Shown here in pieces: positions 42,413-55,881 of a stretch of 64,000 nucleotides of DNA (position 1 is the stretch's first letter; every line of letters begins with the position of its first letter). The notes under the pieces were generated by a model. It was given only the letters and a program-made list of their open reading frames with translations, was not told the origin of the DNA and did no database searches. A program made the translations under genes and the position numbers. The DNA lies in assembly GCA_951406725.2 (NCBI GenBank), contig OX597821.1, positions 30,442,001 through 30,506,000 of the forward strand, in the 5' to 3' direction. Source of the DNA: Octopus vulgaris. Lineage: Eukaryota.

Positions 42413-42628
42413 TACGTAACAAGTATTGCGACAAATGGCAAAGTAAATTTACAGTAAATGTATGTGCACGTATGTATGTATGTATGTATATATATATATA
42501 TAAATATAAACATATATATACACATACATACATATATACATACGTACGTACATACATACATACATACATACATGCCGACACATTTACTGTAAATTTATTT
42601 TGCCATTTGTCGCAATACTTGTTACATA
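42413..42628. repeat. Inverted repeat (~48-bp arms) enclosing a microsatellite
   Basis: GTAACAAGTATTGCGACAAATGGCAAAGTAAATTTACAGTAAATGT is mirrored at 42581-42626. Confidence 0.85.
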
Positions 42629-42801
42629 TATGCATATATATGTACATACATATATATATATACACACATATATACCCATATATATATGTATGTATATACA
42701 TATAAATATACATGCATATTTACATATATATATGTACATATGCAAATATATACATGTATATTTGCATGTATATTTATAGATGTACATATTTACACATGTA
42801 T

Positions 42802-42833
<32 letters not shown>

Positions 42834-42853
42834 TTATGTATATTTATATGTAT

Positions 42854-42887
<34 letters not shown>

Positions 42888-42911
42888 GTATTTATGTATA
42901 TTTATATGTAT

Positions 42912-42946
<35 letters not shown>

Positions 42947-43049
42947 CGGGAATCTTTATGAAAATAAACAAAAGACGAAGGCAGGTGGAGTACAAACAAG
43001 CAGTTGTATTAGTATGGCGCTCAGGAATATAAATAAAACAAGTCTTTTA
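42947..43049 (-). mobile_element. Family P1 repeat, 5'-truncated at the HHR cleavage site
   Basis: Homology to 14713-14811 stops at AGTCTTTTA, followed by (TA)n. Confidence 0.75.
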
Positions 43050-43083
43050 TATATATATATATATATATTTATTATATAGAAGG

Positions 43084-43134
43084 AGCTTCTACAGGACTAG
43101 TACTGTTTCATTCAAGAGAAATCTTCAGGAAGCT
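43084..43134 (-). ncRNA. Type I hammerhead ribozyme (left arm)
   Basis: Exact reverse complement of 43894-43944. Confidence 0.75.
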
Positions 43135-43893
43135 ATTTAACAAGAATTGTATTAGCATTTATACATTTAGGCAGGTTTAAAGGAGTGGTGGTGGGGGACT
43201 TTTTGGGGGTAGGCATAGGCAAAATATCATACTAGGGGAGTGGTCAAGGAGTCAGTGGTAAGTTAGATGAAGGAATAGATAAATAAAAAAATAAAAATAA
43301 AAAAATATAAAAAATAAAATATAAAAAGTAAAAAATAAAAAAATAAAATAAAATAAAAAAAAAATAAAAAAATAAAAAATATAAAAAATATATATAAAAA
43401 AAATATATATATAAAATATATATATTCACAAAAATATATATATAAAAAAAAGGGGGGATAGAGTTATAGGTAAATAAGGAGATTCTCACTTATACCTATA
43501 CACACATGTATACGTGTAGATACGTATACATGTGTGTATAGGTATAAGTGAGAATCTCCTTATTTACCTATAACTCTATCCCCCTTTTTTTATATATATA
43601 TTTTTGTGAATATATATATTTTATATATATATTTTTTTTATATATATTTTTTATATTTTTTATTTTTTTATTTTATTTTATTTTTTTATTTTTTACTTTT
43701 TATATTTTATTTTTTATATTTTTTTATTTTTTTATTTTTTTATTTATCTATTCCTTCATCTAACTTACCACTGACTCCTTGACCACTCCCCCTAGTATGA
43801 TATTTTGCGCTATGCCTACCCCCAAAAAGTCCCCCACCACCACTCCTTTAAACCTGCCTAAATGTATAAATGCTAATACAATTCTTGTTAAAT

Positions 43894-43944
43894 AGCTTCC
43901 TGAAGATTTCTCTTGAATGAAACAGTACTAGTCCTGTAGAAGCT
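43894..43944 (+). ncRNA. Type I hammerhead ribozyme (right arm)
   Basis: AGCUUC-CUGAAGA-U-UUC(UCUU)GAA-U-GAAA-CAG(UACUAGUC)CUG-UA^GAAGCU; 6-bp stem I; cut predicted after 43938. Confidence 0.8.
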
Positions 43945-44025
43945 CCTTCTATATAATAAATTAATTTTACTCTGCTATGTATTGAGTACCTTACTTACTG
44001 TGGTTAACCCCGAATCAACCCGGGA

Positions 44026-44194
<169 letters not shown>

Positions 44195-44430
44195 GGTGTG
44201 TATATATGAATATAGATATTTACATCCCATTGAATGGAGACGAGGTATGAATATTTAATATGTCAGCAAATGTTAACATACATAATATGACAGTCACAAT
44301 ATGGGAAATTATACGTGTTTAACATACATTAACCAACATTTTATTATCACAAATTTATTATATAAATGTATATATACACGCACATATGCATATTCATATA
44401 CGTATGTATTTATATATAAATATATACATA

Positions 44431-44480
<50 letters not shown>

Positions 44481-44495
44481 TTTATATATACATAT

Positions 44496-44711
44496 ACTCT
44501 TTTACTCTTTTACTTGTTTCAGTCATTTGACTGCGGCCATGCTGGAGCACCGCCTTTAGTCGAGCAAATCGACCCCGGAACTTATTCTTTGTAATCCCAG
44601 TACTTATTCTATCGGTCTCTTTCGCCGAACCGCTAAGTGACGGGGACGTAAACACACCAGCATCGGTTGTCAAGCAATGCTAGGGCGACAAACACAGACA
44701 CACAAACATAT

Positions 44712-44757
<46 letters not shown>

Positions 44758-44920
44758 GACGGGCTTCTTTCAGTTTCCGTCTACCAAATCCACTCACAAG
44801 GCATTGGTCGGCCCGAGGCTATAGTAGAAGACACCTGCCCAAGATGCCACACAATGGGACTGAACCCGGAACCATGTGGTTGGTAAGCAAGCTACTTACC
44901 ACACAGCCACTCCTGTGCCT
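44496..44920 (-). mobile_element. SINE family B, full length
   Basis: tRNA-like head with A box TGGCTGTGTGG and B box GGTTCAGTCC, a CTTGGGCAGGTGTC core-like segment, and an AAAAGAGT-type tail. Confidence 0.92.
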
Positions 44921-44940
44921 TATATATATAAGATCGTAAA

Positions 44941-45612
44941 ATATATTTACCAACTAAATGTGGTAGTCCAGTAGAGGACGATGTTACTGCTGTTTTTAGC
45001 CTCAAGAAGACATCTCCAGCTGGCTAACAGCACACTGTCTGTGTCCAAATGCTATTGCGTGGGGAGGTCATCACTCCCATCTCTAGTCTTATACACAGAC
45101 ACGGCTCTATGGGTAGTTACCCGACTTCAGTGTGTGATAATCATCAAATAGTGATCAAATCTCATTGTGCTCGGTATATACCGTATGCTTTTTCCAGTGA
45201 CAAATTGTCACTGATCTCGAAAAAGAAGAAATAAACTATATTATATTTCTGAGCGAGATGTAAACAGTAACAGAAGGGAATTCTGAAATATATTTACCAA
45301 CTAAATGCGGTGATCCAATAGAGGCCGATGTTACTTTTGGTTTTAACCCCAGGAAGACATCTCTTCCAGCTGGCTATCGACACACTGTCTCTGTCCGATT
45401 AGTATTTGCCAAAGCGGGTAATCGCTTCTATCTCTAGCATTACGTGATACACACAGACCCAGCTTTCAAGGCATATACTCGTCTTCAGTGTATGATAGTC
45501 ATCAGCTAGTGTTGATAACTCATTCCACTAGCAAAATACTACATGTATGTTTCAGCGACAAACTATTGCTGGTCTCGAAAAGGAGAAAGAAGCTATATTA
45601 AATCTCTGAGAC
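44941..45612 (-). repeat. Two diverged tandem ~347-bp units, each with a decayed HHR (retrozyme-like)
   Basis: Units start ATATATTTACCAACTAAATG at 44941 and 45288; HHR-like motifs at 45093-45134 and 45452-45492. Confidence 0.75.
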
Positions 45613-47466
45613 GCGTAACGGGTATATGCACACACACACGGGCATATAATTTGAGCCTTTCTCGTATGGGGATTGTAGAATATAGACAATCCTAAGGCAT
45701 ATAAGACTCCGTAACGAAGAAATGATCATTAGTACGCGTTGGAATCGAATCGACGCCGACACCTCTTACTTTCGCGATAGATACATAGATAACTAGAGAG
45801 AAATTTATAGAAAATTGGGGAGAAAGAACCAATAAATGTACAAAATTAATAGTGCAATAGTCCGACCAGATTCATAATATCGAACATCCTGAGCGTGAAG
45901 AAAATAACAAAGCAGAACATGAATCACATAGTTCGTGCGAATAATAGAAATATAGAAGTTAGACAAGCAGTTTATATATTATCAAGATGATAAAACATAG
46001 TCCTTCATAATCTTCACATTAGTTTCAAAACTTCGGTGACCACGTGGCTGAATTATGTGACTATGTAAACAGGCGCGTTATGATGCAATAATATATATCG
46101 CAAACATGCAAAAATGATATCAATACTTACGTATGGATTGTAATATAATTCAAGTTATAAACATCACTTCACCCAACCTTTCTATTCACAAGAAGACATG
46201 TATAGAAATGTCTAGTTGTCGTATATACTGTATGTGTAGGAAAGCAGCACATAAAATATGGATGAAAAGTGGTGTAAGAAGTGAAGAGTTAATAATAAGA
46301 AGGTAAAACGGCTGTGGCAAAAATTAAAATCGTATTAGTAACAGCGATGAGAGAGATGTGGGAAAGATAGAGAAAGAAGTGGCAAGAAAAAGAGAGATCA
46401 AAGAAAAAAGGAAAACAATTTAGAAATGATAATAGAACATTCATATGGCAACAACCTTATACGTTCTTACATTCTGTAAATCAAGCTAGAATGACACGGG
46501 AGATAAAAGCAGAAGAAATAAGGTTGAAGAGATTTGGGATGATATCTAAGACCAACGCAACGTAAATGCAAATGCTAGCCAAAGTTTTTAAATTCCTGAA
46601 AATTTTATGAGCATTTTAGTTTGCAGAGCATATATGAGTTTTACAAGAAATTTGAAAATAAAATTTAAAAATGAGTAAAGGAACAAACTAAGGAGTGAAT
46701 ATAAAATGAAACCAGTGTTGGAAATATATAAGGAGTGTCTATCAATATTTAATTATGTTCTACATAAAAACGAAACAAGCAAACGGAACTGAGGTTCCAT
46801 TAGAATTACAGGTACACCATACATTGATATTTGCCTTAATTATATCTGGATAAGAACAAATAAAACCTCTGATGGCGGGGTAAGATCGAACGAAAAATAG
46901 TTATTCACGACGAATGAAACACATAAATATATGGTAAAAGACAAATAAAGTAACGAAATGATGTAAGCAAAGAGTAAATGAGTCATATTGTCTGTTAAGG
47001 AGAAAATCACAGTTACGACGCACTATTTCAATGGACTCTTTACTATATTGAAGAGGTCACCTGCAGTGTGGCACCTTTGTATAGTTTGCCTGTTTTAATA
47101 ATAGACCAAGTGATAATATAAACTATTGTTATTCTACTTGATTTTGAAGGTATAATTTGGTAATGATTTTGGTTATTTGAATTTCATAATATAAAATGAA
47201 CCGAGGTGACCTAAGTAATGTCACTTAAATTCAGTGGATTACCTAATATTTATTCTTGTCGAATTTTCAAGTCTCTTCAATTCGGTGCATCATAAGCGGC
47301 ATTATATTGCAAATACTAACCATTCAAAGAACGACTATTTGTTGCATTTTATGTCTCTCATTTTAAACTATTATTAGCGATAAGATTGTTTTTACTATTT
47401 TCATATTCATACTCTTATTATTACTATTACTCTGAAAGATACAAATACCACTTTTCGTATAATAAT

Positions 47467-47683
47467 CTCTTTTACTCTTTTACTTCTGACAGTCATTTGG
47501 CTGCAGCCATGCTGGAGCACCGCCTTTAGTCGAGAAAATCGAGCCGAGGACTTATTCTTTGTAAGCCTAGTACTTATTCTATCGGTCTCTTTTACCGAAC
47601 CGCTAGGTTACGGGGATGTAAACACACCAGCATCGGTTGTAAAGCGATGTTGGGGAGACAAACACAGACACACAAACACACAA

Positions 47684-47732
<49 letters not shown>

Positions 47733-47822
47733 CACTTGCCCAAGGTGCCACGCAGTAGGACTGAATCCGGAACCACGTAGTTGGTAAGCAAGCTTCTTAC
47801 CACACAGCCACTTCTGTGCCTA
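47467..47822 (-). mobile_element. SINE family B, internally deleted
   Basis: Matches the other B copies. Confidence 0.88.
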
Positions 47823-48013
47823 TAGTTATGATTTACGTAACATCAGTATTTTCTGACTTAAAATTACTGGGATCGTTAGTCCTACTCTTCTTCGTGATAT
47901 AGCTAAGAAATTTTTTATAATTGCAATTGATATTATTATTGGCACTAGTTTAAATATTAGAAATAGCAGGAGAAATAATATCACCATTTTTGCGTTAATA
48001 ATAATTTTTATGC

Positions 48014-48229
48014 ATGGCGGCAAGATGACAGAATCCTTAGTACGCCAGTCAAAGTATTTAGCGGCATTTCGTCCAAATTTATATTCTGAGATAAAATTTT
48101 CCTTAAGTCGACTTCGCTTTATATGATTTCCCAGCGATAAGCAAAGTACCACCCAAGCACTGGGATCAATGTAATCGGTTCCTGGCACCCGCAACATCAC
48201 AGGGCTTGTCCCTATGGGAGAAAGAAGTC

Positions 48230-48290
<61 letters not shown>

Positions 48291-48318
48291 TAGTATTATT
48301 ATTATTATTATTATTACT

Positions 48319-48377
<59 letters not shown>

Positions 48378-48385
48378 TAGTACTA

Positions 48386-48416
<31 letters not shown>

Positions 48417-48479
48417 TACTATTACTATTACTATTACTACTACTACTACTACTACTACTACTATTACTATTACTATTAC

Positions 48480-48525
<46 letters not shown>

Positions 48526-49212
48526 ACTGAGGCGGCGAGCAGCCTGAATCGTTAGTGCGCGGATGAAATGCTTACCGGTATTTCGTGTCACAACGTTCTG
48601 AGTTCAAATTCCTCCGAGGTCGACTTTGCCTTTTGGGGTCGATTAAATAAGTACCAGTTACGCACCGGGATCGATGTAATCGACTTAATCCGTGTGTCTG
48701 TCCTTGTTTGTCCCCTCTTTGTTTAGCCCCTTGTGGGTAGTAAAGAAATAGGTATTTCGTCTGCCGCTACGTTCTGAGTTCAAATTCCACGGAAGTCGAC
48801 TTTGTCATTCCCCATTTCGGGGGCGATAGATTAAGTACCAGATACATACAGGAGTCGATGTAATCGACTAGTACGCTTTCATCAAATTTCAGACATTATG
48901 CCTTCAGTAGAAAGGATTATTATTATTATTGAGGCGGTGCAAAACGGCAAACTGGCAGAATCGTTAGCACGCCAAGAAAAGTCTTTAGCGGCATTCCGTC
49001 TGTTTTTATATTCTGAGATCAAATTCCACTGAGGTCGAATTTGCCTTTCATCCTTTCGGGGTCGATTAAATAAGTACGAGTGAAAGACTTGGGCCGTTGT
49101 AATCGACTAGTCAACCCCACGAAAATTCCAGGCCCTGTACTTTTTGTAGATAGGATAGTTATGGCGGCGTGTTGGCAGAACCGTTAGTATACCGGACAAA
49201 AAAATTAGCGCC
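48014..49212 (+). mobile_element. Cluster of 4-5 same-orientation SINE A copies around a (TTA/CTA)n tract (48230-48525)
   Basis: Heads at ~48014, 48529, 48930 and 49162, plus an internal repeat at ~48750. Confidence 0.85.
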
Positions 49213-49555
49213 CGCCTCAGCCAATTTCCCAGTCATTCATTCGTGGACAATGAATTATATAGCTGCAATGTCTCTTTGTTGATCAGTTCTCATTTCGTAT
49301 TCCCACGCTAACTTCTATGACAAATCTATTCTATAATATATTTTTTTAATTATTTACCCTAAGAATATAAATGATAGTATTTAGATTTTTCGTGTATTTC
49401 CTTCTCTTTACTTATTTTCATACTGCTTTTTCCTTTGAAATTGTATTGCTGATATAGCTTCCTGAAATAATGTAAGCCTTATTAACCATCAGATAAAGAA
49501 TATCTATAAAACAATGTGATGTGGAGCACTCATTCTCACTGTTCGACATTACGTG

Positions 49556-49638
<83 letters not shown>

Positions 49639-49703
49639 ATGTGTGTGTGTGTGAATATGGATAGGCAAATATATATGTATATATATATTTATACATATAT
49701 ATT

Positions 49704-49749
<46 letters not shown>

Positions 49750-50261
49750 GTGTGTGTGTGTGTAGATATACAAATATTATGTATATATATATATACGTAT
49801 GAATTTGTATTTATATGTATTTATACAATCACAGACTGACACACACACAGACAAACACACATTTCAGAGAAAGATAGTTAACATGTAGCTATAATAATTG
49901 AGGTTATAAGAGGTGACCCACAGAGATATTCACTTTTGGAAGTAGATATATCCTACCTGAAAGCAGACGAGTTCTTTTTGCAGAATGTGACTCTTATGCA
50001 CTTCAAAATTATTCTGTGATCTACACATAACATTCAGTATGTACATATGTATATATTTTGTTGGAAACTGCATCAGCATACTAAAGAATTTTGTTAATAC
50101 CTATGATAAATGTTTGTGCTAAGTGAAGGTAACATTTTCTTTATGAACTCCTGAGCAATAAATACACACATTATACAGACACTTGATTTATGTGTGTGCG
50201 TGCATTCATGTAGTTGTGTCTGCTTGCCTATGTGTATACTTATACATGTATGCATATATAC

Positions 50262-50301
<40 letters not shown>

Positions 50302-51112
50302 CCATACACATACACACACACGCATATATACGTTCACATGATGCATACACGCACGTAATATCTCTCACACATAGACGCAACATCACATGCTCTCACATAC
50401 AAAGAAGTTTACTTTTAATCCTACAGGAAATATTCTTGCTCTTTCATAAGAGGCTAATGATAGGAGTTGAACGAGATTGAGAAACAACAGACATAGCTCT
50501 ATAAATGCATACACTGTGACACGCAGTAATAAACACAACCAAACCCTGAACGCCGGCAATAATACACAGACCTGCAAATCATACATACATACATACACAT
50601 ACACACACTCACAAACACACAAACATATATGTAAATATATATATATATTTACTGGACATGCTAAACAATCACAAAAGAAAGTTCTTTCCTCTGTTAAACA
50701 TGACTGGTGAATGGAGAGACGTAAACTCTACTCTGCAGACACTGTCAACATGTCGGCATTGGATTATATTCTGTTGAAAGCACTAGTCGACCATGCTGGA
50801 TGTAACATTTGGCGTGATGCAGTTTCAAACATTAATGCTTGCATTAAAATGTTTATATGGTATAGGTCACCTTGAACATCTGCTACTTTAAAGGCTTGTA
50901 AGGTTTTCGTAGTCATATGGATGTTCTCGCTTCTTATGGCTGTGTAGAGAATAGATCACACATTATTTTTTTTGTCTTTTATATAATCATGTTTGTCTTT
51001 AACGCGGATACATTTATCTTATTACCTATGATATATATATATTCTTTTTTTACCTTGTTTATAGTTTGATTCTAAACTGGAGTGTCTTTGAGCTGTTTTA
51101 ATTCGTATTTTA

Positions 51113-51600
51113 GGATATTTTCGGTTTGAACGTCAGTTTTTAACATAATTTCTAGGTAGCTAAAAAAATTTAAACTTCATATACTGGTAGGATGTGTTTA
51201 TAAAACATATTTTTCTCTTGGCTTTATTGAGAAAATTCTATAGTTTGTAAGATATTTGTTCTTTTTTTCTTCAATTTCTGAAATTTCAACCAATCACAGA
51301 CTTCTATTGAGGTAAAAAACATTCTGTGCCGTATGAGTGTGTCCCTCGTTTAAGAAACAGATTGGGTTTATTTACATTTGTGAAGAAAAAAGATACCCTT
51401 CCCCCCCACTCCTAACCCTAACCCTAACCCTAAAACAGATTGAAATGCAATAGATCAATACTAGTGTTATAATTATGGGTGACAATTTCATTTGACACCG
51501 CAGATTTAAATGCAATAGATCGATACTAGTGTTATAATTATGGGTGACAATTTCATATGACACCGCTAGAAAACAACTGCCGTTCAAATCGAAAAGATCC
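51113..51600. mobile_element. MITE copy 5 with an internal ~63-bp tandem duplication
   Basis: TIRs; perfect TSD GTATTTTA; CCTAA(CCCTAA)3 at 51411-51433. Confidence 0.92.
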
Positions 51601-51728
51601 GTATTTTATCCTGTAAGTACGAAACATTTGAAAAGCGAGACAATTCTTGGTGTGATACGATCTCAGGATGCTCAGATACATTTGTTCAGATACAAGTAAG
51701 ATCTGCGAAAGATAGAGAGGATACATAC

Positions 51729-51795
<67 letters not shown>
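51729..51795. repeat. (GA)n microsatellite
   Basis: Direct reading. Confidence 0.95.
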
Positions 51796-51797
<2 letters not shown>

Positions 51798-53108
51798 AAG
51801 ACAAACAGTTAGTGTCAAATAGAGAGTTAATATGAAGGGAATAAAAGATAATATATCTATAATCATACTGAAAAAAAAAACTTTCAAAAAATATGCAAAA
51901 ACGAAGCAAGAGAAAAATACAACATACTCATTTGCGAGATAACCAGGGGCTTTGTTTATTGATAAAATATATAGTTAATGTAGTGTTTAAAATAATAGGG
52001 TCGATGATATTTTCGTTACATTGTTCATATTATATTCTTCTTTCTATTGTTGTCCTTCCATGTTCTTCAAGAAGTAAAGAACAAGTAAGCAAAACTACGT
52101 ATTTTGATGAAAAGAATAAAAGAGTAACTAGTGCCTTACTTTCTTTTCTTTTTTTCTTTTGGCAAGATCATTAGGAGCGTAAATGTAGGAAAACGTAAAC
52201 TATTGTGTGTCATGCTATATTCTTTCATTACGCTACTCGTCATCTATATTCATTAACGACTTCAAATCCCAGTCAACTTAAAGTATTAAATTAACACTTA
52301 AAACATTAAATATAATGTTCTATTTGCGTTAACTCTTCTTGAAAGAGAAAGAACTAATACAAATAGAAATTGAAACATGAAATTGGAAAAGAAAGAGGGA
52401 AAACGTTGTTGGAAAGAAATATAAAACTGATAACGGGGTATTGAATGTACTAGCCCTTATTCAGTTTTATTTTTGCATTCAATGTTTTCATTAATTGAAG
52501 TTAATGTACACATTGTGAATATTCTAGATGGCATTACATAAAAAGAGAAAAGATATTACAATATATAAAACCAAATAATTATACACAGAGAAGTATTATA
52601 TTTCTTAGACTTTTTCAATTCATCCTTAACACACACATTTTAATTGTAGTATTATCTTTGGCATATATAACCAGAATTAATAATACAAGACAAAGATCTC
52701 TTTGAATAATTGGCACATTCACTTAATTGAAAGCTTATGTTTGTGCATAATTTATTACAATTCATGACATATTTATAATCTATTTCTGTATGGAAAATAA
52801 TGAACATCAGATAAAGTTCTATTGAGTTTTTTACCTTTTATTTTGCGAGATAAAAAAAGACCCACAAAAGAAACATACGAACAAAAAATAATACGAAATA
52901 TATAAAATATGATAAAGAAGATAAAGAAAAGAGCAAACTCACTTTTGAAAATATTCCAGAAAATGTAAGCACTTACAAGAAATAAAAAATATAATAAATG
53001 AAATAATAAATTGGTAGTATTAGAATGTTGTCGAGTTTGGAAGCAATAAAGGATTTGAAGATATCTCGTACGAACAGAAAAGCTAATATAAAATCATTTA
53101 TTATTGTA

Positions 53109-53163
<55 letters not shown>

Positions 53164-54229
53164 TGAGATATACTCGACCAAGTATATATTTTATTCTTTA
53201 GAACTCGAGTAAGGCCGACAAATTGAAGACCAAAAAAGTGTGCGTTTGTTAATACTTAAACCTATCACACACATAACTGAGTTTAATGTGTTACAATTCA
53301 AAAGTACATTTTGACCTACTGTGTCTATCCTGAAAACTACTAAGTCTATAAGAGCTCTACCTAAGATTCCAACGGTCTTCGTTATCAACAATCTAAATTG
53401 CTAAATAATTAACGTAAAATACTACTTAGTTTCAAATTAATATACTTCCTTTTGTACGTGTAACTATACCGACATTTACTTACTGGAATATAACAATTTA
53501 AATGCCTGAGTTACTTACAACACGACACTAACATCACAAACACACCACTAACATATATAAGTACTAGAGGGTAAGAAATATACAGGAGGATCAACTAATT
53601 ATGGTTTTATTCAACAAATTCCCATCTCAGATTCATACACCTATTGCAATGGTCGTTCAGGTTTTGTAAGCCATGTAAAAATTACTCGGACGTTCAAACC
53701 TCCAATAAAGCCCTTCTAGATACCCTTAAGGCCAGGAACTTTTCAACATTACCTCGTCTATATAAGCATATCTCTCCTTCTCTCACCCACTTTTCTTTTG
53801 AAACGGCGAAGCGAGAAGCAAATAAAGCTATAAATATTAGTGTGTGAGTAATGGGAGAGAATCTTTGGGCAGAACAATTCAAAAGCTGCCGTGGACACAA
53901 ACACACATCGGTAAATATCATCATAGTTCTACCATTAGACCAAAACAGTATTTCCAATTTCTCTATCCAGTTTAGAATTGTATGTTGTCGACGTCAGCAG
54001 AATTTATGAATTTCGAGTGAAGTTGAACTATTATTTGGCACAGTAGACCTCAAGTAAACCAAATATTTATACACTCTCGTGATCCACTGTTCTGAGAAAG
54101 AATTATCTTACGGTGATTATAATTTATAAATTCTTACGATATAAACACACACGCGCACGCACACATATTCGCGCGCACACACACATATGCACGTATATGT
54201 AAATATATATGCATACATGATAGATCGTT

Positions 54230-54392
54230 AGCCACTACAAACATTTTTTTCTCTCCTTGTTTCTTTCTGTGTTCTTTTCTGTAGAAGAGCGTAGGCTCGA
54301 AACAGAAAAGCCTTTTTCTCTTTCTGAACGTTATACTAATACATCTGTTTGTTTTGTACACCACCTATCTTCGTCTTTTGTTTTTTTCGTAA
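54230..54392 (+). mobile_element. Family P1 repeat with decayed HHR (54275-54310)
   Basis: CUUUU-CUGUAGA-A-GAGC(GUAG)GCUC-GAAA-CA-GA-AAAG; cleavage triplet mutated. Confidence 0.7.
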
Positions 54393-54597
54393 ATAAGAAT
54401 AAACAAAAACAACAAAAAGTCACATAAACGTATATAAACAGAAGATACAAATATTACAGGCATCCCCCCACACACACACTGATTAAACATAGACGCACAT
54501 AGAGATATAAGCATGCGCAAATGAAGACATACAATAGAAATGCAAAATGGCTGACGGTTAGTAAGGAGAGACACAAATAAGAAAGAAAAAAACAATG

Positions 54598-54640
54598 GAC
54601 CACTGATGCGGTCACAGGAGTGTGACGGAAGAACTCTGGC
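54598..54640 (+). ncRNA. Decayed hammerhead-like motif
   Basis: CCA-CUGAUGC-G-GUCACA(GGAG)UGUGAC-G-GAAG-AAC-UC^UGG; several core substitutions. Confidence 0.35.
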
Positions 54641-54755
54641 TGGAATAAGATTAAGATTAATGTAAAAAATAAATACAACTGAAGCAAAATAACACCAAAT
54701 ATATAGTGCGTGTGTTTTTATTGGCTAAACTGGCAAAATGACCATTCCGAAATAT

Positions 54756-54812
<57 letters not shown>

Positions 54813-55540
54813 TATGCACAAACACGCGCACATACACGCACACATAAAATCAGAAAGTAAACGCATCAAATTCTACCAGGTCAGTGTACTCGATAAAACT
54901 GTGACCTGAATTTCTAAAACATCATACATTAGTAAACAAATTATGAAAGATATATTATATAATGATGTCCGAGGTAAATTTTATCAGCTAAAACGAGGGA
55001 ATAGTCATGGCTTTTGACTATACCATCTGACAGATCAGGGCTGAAGAACGGATTATGATTTCACCCCCAGTTGCATCGAGAAAAAGTTTCACTTCTTAAT
55101 ACAGAACCTGCGTTTCTAATTTTCCTTGCACATGTTTCGTTCATGCAGCTATCATAGCTGGAAAAATATTTCCACGAAAATATAGAATGATATTTTTTTT
55201 TTCTTATTAGTCACTAACCAAGCGAGTGTGGTTATATATATTTCTGCGATGCCGATTGATTTTTTAGTTCCCATTGTCATAATATTTTGGAACTACATTC
55301 TGTTTCTTAATCTACTTTATTAATGTTACAAACCTAGTCAAATTGGTATGTTAGCAATTTCTATACTTACGTATATGTTGGATTTCCCAACCGAATTTCT
55401 AATGATATTAGAAGTGATGATATATATATCTCGAAAACATTTATAGTGTTTATAGAATTGGAATGAAGATTGCTTGGTAAGTAGTTATCCCAGTGTTTAT
55501 ATTCGATGCAAAAACAATCCTTATCGCCTGGCAGATTGTA

Positions 55541-55622
55541 AAGGCGGTGAGCTGGCAGAAACGTTAGCACGCCGAGCGAAACGCCTAGCCGTATCTCGCC
55601 TGTCGTTACGTTCCGAGTTCAA
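55541..55622 (+). mobile_element. SINE A 5' fragment
   Basis: GGCGGTGAGCTGGCAGAAACGTTAGCACGCC head. Confidence 0.85.
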
Positions 55623-55710
55623 AGAAGCAAGCGTGCTCCAGAAATAAAGATGGAACGTCTGGAATAAATGATATTTCCAAATAACTATTATGGTGTCTAA
55701 GAAGAATTTA

Positions 55711-55802
<92 letters not shown>

Positions 55803-55816
55803 CATCCATCCATCCA

Positions 55817-55878
<62 letters not shown>

Positions 55879-55881
<3 letters not shown>

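Noticed and set aside
44820-44920. tRNA-like sequence with A and B boxes
   Set aside because: SINE head followed by the conserved SINE body; no complete cloverleaf or T-run terminator. The same applies at 15815-15887 and to SINE A heads.
51411-51433. Telomere or chromosome-fusion signature
   Set aside because: Only 3-4 units, and internal to a multicopy MITE.
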